From: Rubripirellula sp.
GTDB taxonomy: Bacteria > Planctomycetota > Planctomycetia > Pirellulales > Pirellulaceae
DNA: 64,000 nt
Reading direction: 5' to 3'
Assembly: GCA_965216875.1 (NCBI GenBank)
Contig: OZ244207.1
Location: 2,080,001-2,144,000 of the forward strand
Every line of letters begins with the position of its first letter. Positions within the stretch are counted from its first letter, which is position 1. The notes beneath the pieces are model-generated. The model searched no databases. It had not been told where the DNA came from and saw only the letters and a list, made by a program, of their open reading frames with translations. Below are positions 44,101 to 52,204 of this stretch, piece after piece. A program made the position numbers and the translations under genes.

Positions 44101-44692
44101 GTTGGCGATCAAGATGCGGTGGCTCGGACAGACGGATCGTTTCGCCGTCGACGCGCGCCCGCGTGAAGCCTTGTTTGCGTAGATCTTCGAAGAGGTCTTT
44201 GAATTCGCCTTTTTGTTGGCGAACCAACGGAGCCATGATCCAAAGTGCGGCATCCGATGGCAGCGCCAAGATTCGCGAGGTGATCGCGTCGCGGCTTTGC
44301 GCGGCGATCGGCGTTTTGCATCCCGGGCAATGACCTGTCCCGACTCGCGCATAAAGGACGCGCAAGAAGTCGTGGATTTCAGTGATCGTGCCGACGGTGC
44401 TTCGTGGGTTGGTTCCACTCGATTTTTGGTTGATCGAAATCGATGGGCTTAGCCCGGACACCAAATCGACATCGGGCTTGGGCATCTGCCCCATGAATTG
44501 GCGGGCATAGTTGCTCAAACTTTCGACGTAGCGGCGTTGCCCCTCGGCATAGAGCGTATCGAATGCGAGCGACGATTTACCGCTGCCGGAGACTCCCGAG
44601 AAGCAGATCAGCTCGCCTCGGGGAAGCGTCAGGTCGACGCCCCTCAGATTGTGCTCGCGAGCCCCCTTGACCTTGATTTCGGTCGTCGCCAT
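38150..44692 (-). CDS. uvrA: Excinuclease ABC subunit A, double length
   Basis: Four GAR(E/F)HNL-like motifs, four Walker A (GxSGSGKS), four LSGGE signatures, multiple CxxC fingers. Confidence 0.95.
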   Translation of the reverse strand: MATTEIKVKGAREHNLRGVDLTLPRGELICFSGVSGSGKSSLAFDTLYAEGQRRYVESLSNYARQFMGQMPKPDVDLVSGLSPSISINQKSSGTNPRSTVGTITEIHDFLRVLYARVGTGHCPGCKTPIAAQSRDAITSRILALPSDAALWIMAPLVRQQKGEFKDLFEDLRKQGFTRARVDGETIRLSEPPHLDRQHRHNIEVVVARVHPDDRERSSISEAVDVALKLGDASLMVALSGPNDQQAGKPAEATTKSKGKGKSKRTTSSSDDLLFSSKYACGTCGRSFAAPSPQLFSFNSPQGMCEACDGLGRLFTFVPEMLIPNERLSVRKGAISLLGKWGDMGRYRRHIYRGVADAIDKALELEPGTMLEGKWCDLSEECKHIWLWGTEDAMEFTWRGGRRAKKYSGTFEGFIPELLGKYRTTRNKMQLRQLEKHMATIDCPDCHGDRLNPQASAVTITTAAKGFKQPSMSLPELSNLPVDELAEFFSAVKLSETDAMIAGEAFKEIQTRIGFLLGVGLNYLTLGRTAPTLSGGESQRIRLAGQIGSGLVGVLYILDEPSIGLHPRDNDRLIETLVRLRDSGNTLIVVEHDEDTMRAADKIVDFGPGPGVKGGQIVANGDLETVCKSKKSVTGQFLSGKRSIDPPKKLREINDDTMLTVRGARFHNLKNVDVSIPLGTVTCVTGVSGSGKSSLIGGIVEPKLRNELNGAECEPGEHDLIEGLEHLDKTIAIDQSPIGRTPRSNPATYVKVFDEIRNLFAQMPEAKTRGYTASRFSFNVDGGRCSACDGNGASKLEMDFLADIWVTCPVCQGKRYNRETLAVEFKGHSIADVLDLDISQAHKLFENIPKIADKLQTLVDVGLEYLKLGQPSPTLSGGEAQRIKLSRELSKRETGKTLYVLDEPTTGLHFADIELLLKVIHGLADRGNTIVIVEHNVDVIKTADWVIDLGPEGGVGGGEIVIAGRPREVAKCTKSSTGAAIAKALGIKRRAARKAKSPTTKTFESPPKARTHVVVEAAREHNLKSVDASIPRDQMTVFCGPSGSGKSSLAMDTIYAEGQRRYVESLSSYARQFIGQVQKPQVERIDGLSPAVALEQKNLGHSPRSTVGTVTEIYDYLRILLARLGTMHCPECHTSVGTQTPDDIVDKVMAMKSGTRALLLAPIEVAAGEASKDTWQSLRSTGYQRVRIDGATVALDAAPSLDPRRRQEVQVVVDRIEVKESERSRIGDSVEQALSLGVGVLQVAIANPDLDEPNWKVITHSQHLVCGDCGRSFVDLTPHHFTFNSAVGWCPQCEGLGVQTGTNPAALIHSSELTLAEGATLLWPDVNVDISMWMLRALSRHTGIPIDIPLAELPISQRRILFRGLGNQWIEVREADSSSRSKSKKVVFRYQFKGFYPALEAAARLSPSLRGKLDMFTDEIDCSSCDGSRLRDDSSAVKFRERTIGDLVHMPLVRLFETVKAWKLDARERKIAGELVREIKSRVSFLLDVGLDYLTLHRGAATLSGGEAQRIRLAAQLGSGLCGVLYVLDEPTIGLHPRDNQRLIGALHRLRDQGNTLLVVEHDRDVIAGSDYLYDFGPLAGRNGGRIVAQGPPKKIEPKATSVTGGYINGEQTIAVPNARRPVMAPSGNSLVDFLSIKGAREHNLRAVDVDIPLGVFTAVTGPSGSGKSTLIDDILYPVLARRFHRARTRPGQHEQLLGSKYLDKVIRVDQSPLGNSPSSNPATYTGIFDPVRTLFAELPESKERRYSARTFSFNVPGGRCETCEGSGQLCVEMHFLPDVWVDCDDCHGRRYNDDVLEVKYHGRSIADVLEMSCGEALVHFGDHERIARVLQTLCDVGLDYITLGQAAPTLSGGEAQRVKLASELARPQTGRTLYLLDEPTTGLHFDDIAKLLTVIQQLVDRGNTVITIEHNLDVIKCADWIIDMGPGAGAEGGTVVFTGSPEDLAATAKGGRRKKNAPPVSSTAAFVAEALDASAKAKPKKAARKTSDIEPGSKKKSSQRSAKTSNKPHSQAETSASDVQLILDAPHTAKKSAGKTKSPNGPWRALGRRWHSLGKGFPDNTQPDWPLEIADQVLNVLEKFAGDGSLAFESPDQVDVCPENVDGPWAEVQTKVPESLKVTLAGPPEAVDLESLNSLDLGSTVDLTDSRRARVTLNLTEAKHVRSRKLRSFLKNHYEKAVKP

Positions 44693-44891
44693 CTCATTTG
44701 CCCCGAGCTTTTCCAGCTCGGATCCCATCGAATCAAACCCAATGTTGCATCTGGCAATCCCAGCGGCGCCAATTCCTTGCCCCTCACGCTAAGGGCAAGC
44801 GGCGCGATTCAAAAGGGGGCGCTGGGATTTTGCGATTCGATTTGGATCGATAATCCTCGGACGTGGCGACGAGATCGCCAGCGGGAGCCAC

Positions 44892-46553
44892 TTACCAACG
44901 CAGACCGAAACGTTCACCGCCTGAGTCGCGGTTGTTGCCGCCCTTGAGCGGACCGCTGTGCGTTGCCTTCACGGCAGGCTCACGAGGTGGTTCGACGGTT
45001 TCTTCTTCCGCCGGTTTGCTTTCTTCGCCCGCCGGTGGCGATTGAACGGCTTTCATCGACAAGCCGATCTTTTGCGCATCACGATCAAAGTTCACAACCT
45101 TGACTTCGACTTCCTGGCCCTCGCTGACCATCGTGTCCACGCGAGAAACGCGGTGATGAGCCAGTTCGCTGATGTGAACCAAACCTTCGACACCCGGACC
45201 AAGTTTGACAAAACAACCGAAGGTTGCGATCCGAGTCACCGTTCCTTTGTGAACGCTTCCGATCGCGTATTCGGCTTCGGCCGTATCCCATGGATTGTCC
45301 AGCAAGTCGCGATACGAAAGACCAATCTTGCCGGTCTCTTTGTCGACCGTATCGATTTTGACTTTGACCTTCTGGCCGACTTCCAACACTTCGCTTGGAT
45401 GCTTGACACGTTCCCAGCTCAGCTTGCTGATGTGAATCAAGCCATCGAGCGCTCCAAGGTCGACGAAGGCCCCAAAATCCTTGATGCTTCGGACCGTTCC
45501 TTCGAGTTCAACACCAGGCTCGATTTTCGCAAGTTGCTCAGCTTTCTTTTCCTCGCGCTCGCGTTCCAATACCGCACGGCGACTGAGCACGAGGTTGCCT
45601 CGATTCATGTTTGCTTCGGTGACGACGCAAACAAACTTCTGGTCAACAAATTCGCTCAGGTCTTCAACGCGGTATTCACTCACTTGGCTGATTGGAATGA
45701 ATCCACGAACTCCGCCCGCTTTGCATTCCAAACCACCGGTGTTGTGTCCCGTGACGGTGACTTCGATCACCGAACCTTCTTCGAGGTCTTCCCAATCGCT
45801 GACATCGACCGTACCGCCTGGAAGCGAAAGCACGTACAAACCATCGTCGGAACTGATGCCTCGAACGATGACTTCGACCGACGAGCCGATTTGAGGTTCT
45901 TCTTTGAATTGTTCGAAGGGCACAAAGCCTTCATCAGGCCCGCCCAGACCAAGGAAGACGTTGTCGTCGTGAATCTTTAGAACTTGGGCGTGAACACGAG
46001 CACCGTCGGCCAGCGGTTCGCTTCGATCCGCCATCCCAACATTGCCAGACATCATTTGGTCAAAGTCGGCCGCGGCGAGCTCGGCATCCAATTCCGCTTG
46101 CAGGTCATCCGCAAGACCGCCACGTCGATTTGGAACCGGGACACGCGGCTTGGGCGCGGGTTTGATCTGAACGCCACGTTTGATTGGGCGATCCTCCGAC
46201 TCGGCCGATTCCTTGCGCGGCTTGCCTTTGCCACCCTCTTTCTTCTTTTTGGGCTTCGCTCCCTGATCCGCGCCTGGCGAAATTCCAGGTGACGCTGGCT
46301 TTGCGACTCCGAGACCACGTGCTGCGAGAGGTCCGCTCGTGCGACCGATCTTGGGGGCAGGTTTGGCAGCGGGCGCGGCTTCTGTCTGCGAAGCTTCCGC
46401 TGTCACAGCTTCGGAGCCAGCGGCTTGCGACGCGTCGGAACCGGCATCTTGAGCGGCGGTCGCCTCAGGAGTGGCAGCCGCGTCGGGTGTGGCCGTGTTT
46501 TCGGGGGTGGTTGGAGCAGGTTGCTCAGGTTGAGTTTCGTCGCCGACGGTCAT
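44892..46553 (-). CDS. rpsA: 30S ribosomal protein S1-like protein (about 4 S1 domains, disordered N-terminus)
   Basis: GFIPISQV, FGAFVDLGALDGLIHISKLSW, GVEGLVHISELA. Possibly a paralog of the main rpsA. Confidence 0.8.
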   Translation of the reverse strand: MTVGDETQPEQPAPTTPENTATPDAAATPEATAAQDAGSDASQAAGSEAVTAEASQTEAAPAAKPAPKIGRTSGPLAARGLGVAKPASPGISPGADQGAKPKKKKEGGKGKPRKESAESEDRPIKRGVQIKPAPKPRVPVPNRRGGLADDLQAELDAELAAADFDQMMSGNVGMADRSEPLADGARVHAQVLKIHDDNVFLGLGGPDEGFVPFEQFKEEPQIGSSVEVIVRGISSDDGLYVLSLPGGTVDVSDWEDLEEGSVIEVTVTGHNTGGLECKAGGVRGFIPISQVSEYRVEDLSEFVDQKFVCVVTEANMNRGNLVLSRRAVLEREREEKKAEQLAKIEPGVELEGTVRSIKDFGAFVDLGALDGLIHISKLSWERVKHPSEVLEVGQKVKVKIDTVDKETGKIGLSYRDLLDNPWDTAEAEYAIGSVHKGTVTRIATFGCFVKLGPGVEGLVHISELAHHRVSRVDTMVSEGQEVEVKVVNFDRDAQKIGLSMKAVQSPPAGEESKPAEEETVEPPREPAVKATHSGPLKGGNNRDSGGERFGLRW

Positions 46554-46773
46554 CGAAGCAGTTCGTAAATCGCGAGAGGGTGGTTTGCCGGTCAGGGCAG
46601 GAGGTGAACACGGGTCTGCCGCAGCAAAGGGGCGGCTATTTGGGACCGGTTCGCAAGTGGGGCAGTCTAGCAATTTGGCACCGCAATCGGTAGCCTTCGC
46701 TCCCCAAACAGTAGTCCGAGATTGGCCGACTTAAACTTCCTAAATTGCACGATTTCACCAGGAGAACCCTTCG

Positions 46774-47286
46774 ATGCCTAAGTTGGACGCAGCTCACGCC
46801 GATTCCTTCAGCTGCCTGCCCACCGAATTGATCGAGGCGATCGAGGCCGCTCCGATGCCCGGTCTGGGCGAGGGACCGCAGGATTCGGGGATGGCTGACT
46901 ACCTCTCTTCGGGTTCGGTCCAGCAGGCGCTTTCGGACGCCAGCCGGCCAAACGAATCACTCAGCGGCCTTTGGCTGCTCGCGGGCGATTTGGAGCGGAG
47001 CCACTCGATCAGCCAAAGCATCCACAATGCCGAAGGGAGTTTCTGGCACGGCATCATGCACCGCCGAGAAGGAGACTTTGGAAACGCCAAATACTGGTTT
47101 CGAAACGTCGGCGATCATCCAGTGGTCGACCAGCTCGCCGACAGCGTCGATGGCTACTCGGACGCGTTTGATTTTGTCGATGACTGCAGCCGCGCGGTTC
47201 GTAGCGGAGGTACCGCCTATGAGGACTGCCAACTCACCCAATGGACCGAGTGGCAACTCTTGATGGCGAAGTGTCTTTGCGGTTAG
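46774..47286 (+). CDS. Hypothetical helical protein
   Basis: AGGAG upstream; SHSISQ..FWHGIMHRREGDFGNAKYW segment. Confidence 0.75.
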   Translation: MPKLDAAHADSFSCLPTELIEAIEAAPMPGLGEGPQDSGMADYLSSGSVQQALSDASRPNESLSGLWLLAGDLERSHSISQSIHNAEGSFWHGIMHRREGDFGNAKYWFRNVGDHPVVDQLADSVDGYSDAFDFVDDCSRAVRSGGTAYEDCQLTQWTEWQLLMAKCLCG

Positions 47287-47403
47287 TCGCAAAGTTGGCA
47301 GCTTGTTTCATCATTGGCGGAGGTGTGGCCGATATTTTCTCATGTACCGGGGACGAAGGACGCGACGTTGTGTGGGGCAATTGGTTCTTCGATCCTGGAA
47401 CAT

Positions 47404-47474
47404 ACGACCCGGGTTTTCCCAATGATCAATTCGCCTGATCGCTGGGGCAATGAAGATCCGGGTCGTTTTTTTTT
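47404..47474 (+). terminator. Intrinsic terminator-like hairpin
   Basis: ACGACCCGG...CCGGGTCGT stem running into a T9 tract. Confidence 0.65.
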
Positions 47475-47543
47475 GCGCGCACGGAGAATCACAAACGCAT
47501 TCACCGGTTCTCTTGAAACCGGCAGTGATCGAGCGCGTCTCGA

Positions 47544-47585
47544 CACTCTCCCTTGGGAGAGTCGGGCTCTCAGGCCCGGAGAGGG
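47544..47585 (+). repeat. REP-like double hairpin
   Basis: CACTCTCCCTTGGGAGAGTCGGGCTCTCAGGCCCGGAGAGGG. Confidence 0.75.
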
Positions 47586-47836
47586 TCTTTACGAACTGCC
47601 TCATCAGACTGCCCGTCTGCCCCTCTCGCAAGCGGGAGGGCCTAATGGCCAGCGGCTCAACCGGTGATTGTGGTCCCGCGCCATTGCCGCTGAAGTGTTG
47701 CCAAGTTTCACCGGAAGATTGTTGAAAAAAAGCAACAGTGGCGGCGAAGGCTGCGGTGGCTTCGACGCTCCCCAGGCCCAAAAAGGATCGTGATTCACGG
47801 GCATTTCTGGCGATTGGCCAAACGGGCCCTTTCTGT

Positions 47837-47852
47837 TGGCACAGCGAGTGCA
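47837..47852 (+). promoter_or_regulatory. Putative sigma-54 promoter
   Basis: TGGCAC-AGCGA-GTGCA keeps the GG-N10-GC spacing; ends 55 nt upstream of ATG 47908. Confidence 0.55.
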
Positions 47853-47907
47853 AAAAGGTTCGAGACATCTTCTCAGCTTGTTGTCTCGTTGTTGATGCCC
47901 TCTGCCG

Positions 47908-48786
47908 ATGCATTCTGTCCTTCTTGCCGACATCGCCGCGTTAGTTTCACAACACGGTCCTGCGATTCTGTACCGCCGCGAAGCGATCCCCCCTCAAGCG
48001 GTCACGAAGTATTGGGCCAGCTCGCGAACGCGGTTTGATCTTTGGCATCAGACACTCGGACGATACCGCGACGCGGAAAAATCGGGCGACTCTCTCAAGC
48101 TTCGGCGTTGGTGGCAAGCGAACGTGGTCGTGCTCGAGGAAGTGCTTGTTTCCGAGATCTTGACTCGGGTCATCGCAGCGCTCGCCGCGGGTCTCGATGA
48201 CGCTGGTGAAACGGATGAAGTTTCACCGGTCACTCACGCGGTCTACCTCACCCATCTCGAGGCGCGCAACCGCGTTCAGCAAATGATGTTGTTTGGACGT
48301 GGCAATTCCGTCCAAGACGCCGTTCGACTCAACCGTCTTCGTCAGGGTGTCGAACGCTGGACCGACGCCTTGATCGGCCGCATGTCGGTTCAAAACCCCG
48401 ACAACATCTCCTACGCGATTAATCATGATCGGGCGACCGAATACATGGATGAAAGCCGTGGTCACGGCCTCGGCGCTGCTCGCGACACAGCGACCTGGTT
48501 GATGAACGCTGCGATGCACGACATGCTGCGACGCCGAACTTCCAACTTGACCGCCCTTCCTGATGCCAACCGCAACGTCGCCCAAAGCGTGATGTTGATG
48601 CTTCGCCCCGATCTTTTCGACAGCGTCGGCGCGCTCAAGTCGCTTTGGCTTCACCGTTTGCAAGTCGGAACGGATCAAACCGACCGTGTGCTCAACGAGC
48701 TCAGTGACAAAGATATCGACAACGCCGAAACGGCCAGCGGGATCGAAATGACCCACGATTCCAATTTCGAACGCTGGTACATGTAA
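47908..48786 (+). CDS. Hypothetical protein
   Basis: 292-aa helical ORF that fills the gap; no motif recognised. Confidence 0.75.
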   Translation: MHSVLLADIAALVSQHGPAILYRREAIPPQAVTKYWASSRTRFDLWHQTLGRYRDAEKSGDSLKLRRWWQANVVVLEEVLVSEILTRVIAALAAGLDDAGETDEVSPVTHAVYLTHLEARNRVQQMMLFGRGNSVQDAVRLNRLRQGVERWTDALIGRMSVQNPDNISYAINHDRATEYMDESRGHGLGAARDTATWLMNAAMHDMLRRRTSNLTALPDANRNVAQSVMLMLRPDLFDSVGALKSLWLHRLQVGTDQTDRVLNELSDKDIDNAETASGIEMTHDSNFERWYM

Positions 48787-48795
48787 GCTCCAGCG

Positions 48796-48840
48796 GCCAA
48801 TCGCCAATCGCCAATCGCCAGTCGGCCGGATCAAGGAGCG
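48796..48840 (+). repeat. 7-bp tandem repeat plus REP fragment
   Basis: (GCCAATC)x3, GCCAGTC, then GGCCGGATCAAGGAGCG. Confidence 0.7.
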
Positions 48841-48906
48841 ACGCCGATCAGGAACGACGATCAAAAGGTTTTGGCGGGCGATCGAGCTAAGGCAAAACCG
48901 CATCGC

Positions 48907-49290
48907 CTACGAAAGAATCTCGCCAATTCGGTCGACCGACGTTCTCAACGACCGGGCAGCCATCTCAAAATTGGTGTGGCCGCTAACCTCCGGTTGAATC
49001 TCTTCATAGAGCTCGGTTGCTTTACGAAGCTTTGAGAGTTTCTTCTTGGCCATCTTGAGGTAGGTCTTGGCAACGTCTACTTCATTGATGGGGCCAACCG
49101 CCAAGATGAAATCGTAGATGTCACGGACGACATCGCGGAGGTCCTCGTCGTCCTCGGCTTCGTCACAGTGTTTCAAGAACGTCCGCACCATCCAGAGATG
49201 CGTGACCTCTTGATCGATCGCACGAACCAAATCCATCGGATCTGGTTCGTCCGTCGTGTGATCGTCGGAAGTCTGCGATTCGCTCGCCAT
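48907..49290 (-). CDS. Hypothetical small helical protein
   Basis: HLWMVRTFLKH, SGHTNFEMA; TGATG 1-bp overlap with the upstream gene. Confidence 0.75.
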   Translation of the reverse strand: MASESQTSDDHTTDEPDPMDLVRAIDQEVTHLWMVRTFLKHCDEAEDDEDLRDVVRDIYDFILAVGPINEVDVAKTYLKMAKKKLSKLRKATELYEEIQPEVSGHTNFEMAARSLRTSVDRIGEILS

Positions 49291-49913
49291 CAGCCTGCGG
49301 AATCCGGATCCGTGGGGTTGGGGGTCTCGGCCCCCGAGTTTTCAGCCGGACTCTCGACACTTGCACTCGGTTTGGGTGGTCCGTGCCCATGCGGCGTGTT
49401 CATGGCAACAATCACCACGCCGACGACGGTAAGTCCCATGCCGACCCACAGCAAAGGGTTGATGGTGGTGTGACCGTGCAATTTCAGGACGGAAACAAGC
49501 GCCGTCACCGACACAGCGCCGCCAAACACGATTGGCATCACGAGCAGCGCGTTGCCGCGACTGGTCATCATGGCCGTGGTCAGGCAGAGCGCCCCAGCGG
49601 CACCGAGCGTTCCGGCGAGGAAGCCCCACTTGGCTGGAAGAAAGTGCGTGATTCCAGGCGCGCCGGGTACAGCAGCGCTATAGGAAAAACTGTCACCTTT
49701 GACTTTCATCATGACCAAGCCACCAGCCACGGCGATCACCAGATAGGCGATCCCGATAAAGACATAAGGCTTGAAAGGGGTCCAGCCATCGGGTGGCAGC
49801 AGCGGTTTGCCGTCGACACGTGGTGTTTGCGCGTTACCGATCGTTGGCCCGTAACACCCCCAAAAGATCGCCGTTCCGATGGCAAAGAGAATTGGGATCA
49901 ACATTTTGTTCAT
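49290..49913 (-). CDS. Multi-TM membrane protein (DMT/EamA-like, tentative)
   Basis: About 5 hydrophobic helices; FWGCYGP, VMPIVFGGA. Confidence 0.7.
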   Translation of the reverse strand: MNKMLIPILFAIGTAIFWGCYGPTIGNAQTPRVDGKPLLPPDGWTPFKPYVFIGIAYLVIAVAGGLVMMKVKGDSFSYSAAVPGAPGITHFLPAKWGFLAGTLGAAGALCLTTAMMTSRGNALLVMPIVFGGAVSVTALVSVLKLHGHTTINPLLWVGMGLTVVGVVIVAMNTPHGHGPPKPSASVESPAENSGAETPNPTDPDSAG

Positions 49914-50012
49914 GGATACCTCAAAGCGGGGGCGGGATAGTCGATAGCGGTGGCTCGGATTTGCGAAACTGCATCAATGCTGGTGGACGGTCGATCGAAC
50001 GAGTTGTCCGGG

Positions 50013-51104
50013 CTAGGCGTCATGCCGAAAGTGGCAGATGTCGCCGTCTTGAACCAAGTAGTTTTTGCCTTCCACTCGCAGTTTACCGGCTTGGCGAATC
50101 TCTTTCTCACTGCCGTGCGTTTCGAGATCTTCCAGCGTATAAACCTCGACGCGAATAAAACGGCTCTCGAAATCACTATGGATCACTCCAGCCGCCTCAG
50201 GACCGGTTGCACCGATCTTGACCGGCCAAGCACGGACTTCCTTTTCGCCAGCCGTGAAATAACTCTGCAAACCGAGTGTACGGTAGGCTTCACGAGCGAT
50301 CTGAGCCAAAGCGGGCTCTTCGAGTCCAATGTCGGCGAGCATCTCGCCGCGATCTTCTTCGTCAAGTTCCGCGATTTCGGCTTCGATCTTGGCACAAACG
50401 CAGACGACGCCGGCGCCCGATTTCGACGCATGCTCGCGAACTTTGCCGACCAACTCATGCTCGCCGGTTAAGTCGTCTTCGCCAACGTTGGCGACATAGA
50501 GTACGGGTTTGGCGGTCAGCAGTCCGTAGCTCGAAATGCACTTCTCTTCTGGCTCGGTCAACGAAAGCGTGCGAAGCGGTTTTTCAGCTTCGAGATGTTG
50601 GTTGCACTTATCAATTGTTGCCACGCGAAGCTTGGCTTCTTTGTCGCCACTGCGAGCGGTCCGCTGTGCCTTACTCAATGCGTTTTCAAGTGTTTGCAAA
50701 TCCGCAAACATCAGTTCCGCTTCGATCGTCTCAATATCGGCGATGGGGTCAACTGCTCCGGCGACGTGAATCACGTCGGGGTCTTCAAAGCAACGAACCA
50801 CCTGCACGATCGCGTCGACTTCACGGATGTGGCTGAGGAATTTGTTGCCCAATCCTTCGCCGTCACTCGCGCCTTTGACGATGCCAGCGATGTCGACCAA
50901 TTTGATCGCAGCGGGAATGACCTTCTGAGGCTGGATGTATTTGGTGATCCGCTCCAGCCGTGGATCGGGCACGTTGACGATTCCTTCGTTCGGCTCAATC
51001 GTGCAGAAAGGATAGTTTTCGCTCTGCGCCGATTGAGAGCTGGTCAATGCATTGAACAGCGTGCTCTTGCCGACGTTGGGCAAACCGACGATTCCGGCTT
51101 CCAT
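50013..51104 (-). CDS. ychF: Redox-regulated ATPase YchF
   Basis: [58 protein letters not shown]. Confidence 0.97.
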   Translation of the reverse strand: MEAGIVGLPNVGKSTLFNALTSSQSAQSENYPFCTIEPNEGIVNVPDPRLERITKYIQPQKVIPAAIKLVDIAGIVKGASDGEGLGNKFLSHIREVDAIVQVVRCFEDPDVIHVAGAVDPIADIETIEAELMFADLQTLENALSKAQRTARSGDKEAKLRVATIDKCNQHLEAEKPLRTLSLTEPEEKCISSYGLLTAKPVLYVANVGEDDLTGEHELVGKVREHASKSGAGVVCVCAKIEAEIAELDEEDRGEMLADIGLEEPALAQIAREAYRTLGLQSYFTAGEKEVRAWPVKIGATGPEAAGVIHSDFESRFIRVEVYTLEDLETHGSEKEIRQAGKLRVEGKNYLVQDGDICHFRHDA

Positions 51105-51509
51105 GGTCTTTGTCAGATTCAAATCGTGAGGGGGAGATAACTTTCAAGCCTCTTCAAACACGTTGGACCGCGGCCGAGGAGGGGAGAAGATCGTATCAGC
51201 AACCCGCTTTTCATCGAAGGTGGCTTCCTAAGCCGCGTTTCCCCCATCAAGCCCCACGATCATGAACGCCGACGATTCGGTTGCGCCGGTTGCGGAAGCT
51301 TTCCGGCGAGCTTGAGCGAGAATTCGCAGAAACCACAGAAAATCTCGCGGTTTCCCTCGTTTCGGACGGGCGGCCTGCCGATTTCCAGCTCTTGCAAGAC
51401 GCATTTTTACGTGAATGTTTCAAGGACGAAGCTGGTAGTCGCTCTTTCACCCAGCTTTTCGACCCTGGGTGGAGCGAAGTTCTGATCCTTCCAGCTCCGG
51501 GCCCCTCTT

Positions 51510-52160
51510 TTGAGAACTCTTACCCTTGGCGTGTTGATTGTCACTGGCGGCAGCCTCGCAGCGCTCCCGTTTCGTAAATACCAATCGAGCGTCCCAGAAA
51601 CCTCCGGCCCTGTTCAAGCAACCGGTCCGACCGAAAGGTCATTGCAACAAACGAAGATTGAATTCCTCGCTCAGGAGCAATCGTCGCCCGATCAAACTGC
51701 GCCGCCAGCCGAATTCGGCAAACATCCCCTGCCGCCTTGGCAAGCCGAACCGGTTGTACAAACCCGGCGCCGTCTGCCCGATCAACCACTGACCTACGAA
51801 GACCTTGCCGTTCCCATCGCGCAACCCGAGCATCTCCGCGAACGCTTTTCGGCGAGCGTCGCCCAGCAAGAGCAGCGCCAGGCTCAACATCGCGCCACTG
51901 GTTTGGTGATGCCCGAAATGGAATCGCTTGCGCTCTCCGAGCGAAATCAGATTGAGGCAATGAGCATCGCGAGACAACCGACTGTCCAGCAACGTACCGT
52001 CGTGCAACCTGACGCCCAGCAGAACGACTATCGCGCTGCACTGGTGAGCACGCCCGTTCCCGGCTCGCAAACCGAGCCGTTGCCAGCACCCAGCGTCGTC
52101 AGTGTCACTCCCGAGCCGATTGCGCAGCCGCGCCCGAAGCATTGGATCCGCCAACCGTAG
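51510..52160 (+). CDS. Hypothetical membrane-anchored Pro/Gln-rich protein
   Basis: N-terminal hydrophobic segment ending ALPFR; C-terminus HWIRQP. Confidence 0.7.
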   Translation: MRTLTLGVLIVTGGSLAALPFRKYQSSVPETSGPVQATGPTERSLQQTKIEFLAQEQSSPDQTAPPAEFGKHPLPPWQAEPVVQTRRRLPDQPLTYEDLAVPIAQPEHLRERFSASVAQQEQRQAQHRATGLVMPEMESLALSERNQIEAMSIARQPTVQQRTVVQPDAQQNDYRAALVSTPVPGSQTEPLPAPSVVSVTPEPIAQPRPKHWIRQP

Positions 52161-52177
52161 GTTTGCGGATGGAAAAA

Positions 52178-52197
52178 CACTCTCCCTTGGGAGAGTG
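52178..52197. repeat. REP-like hairpin between convergent genes
   Basis: CACTCTCCC-TT-GGGAGAGTG perfect stem. Confidence 0.75.
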
Positions 52198-52204
52198 ATT
52201 GTTG

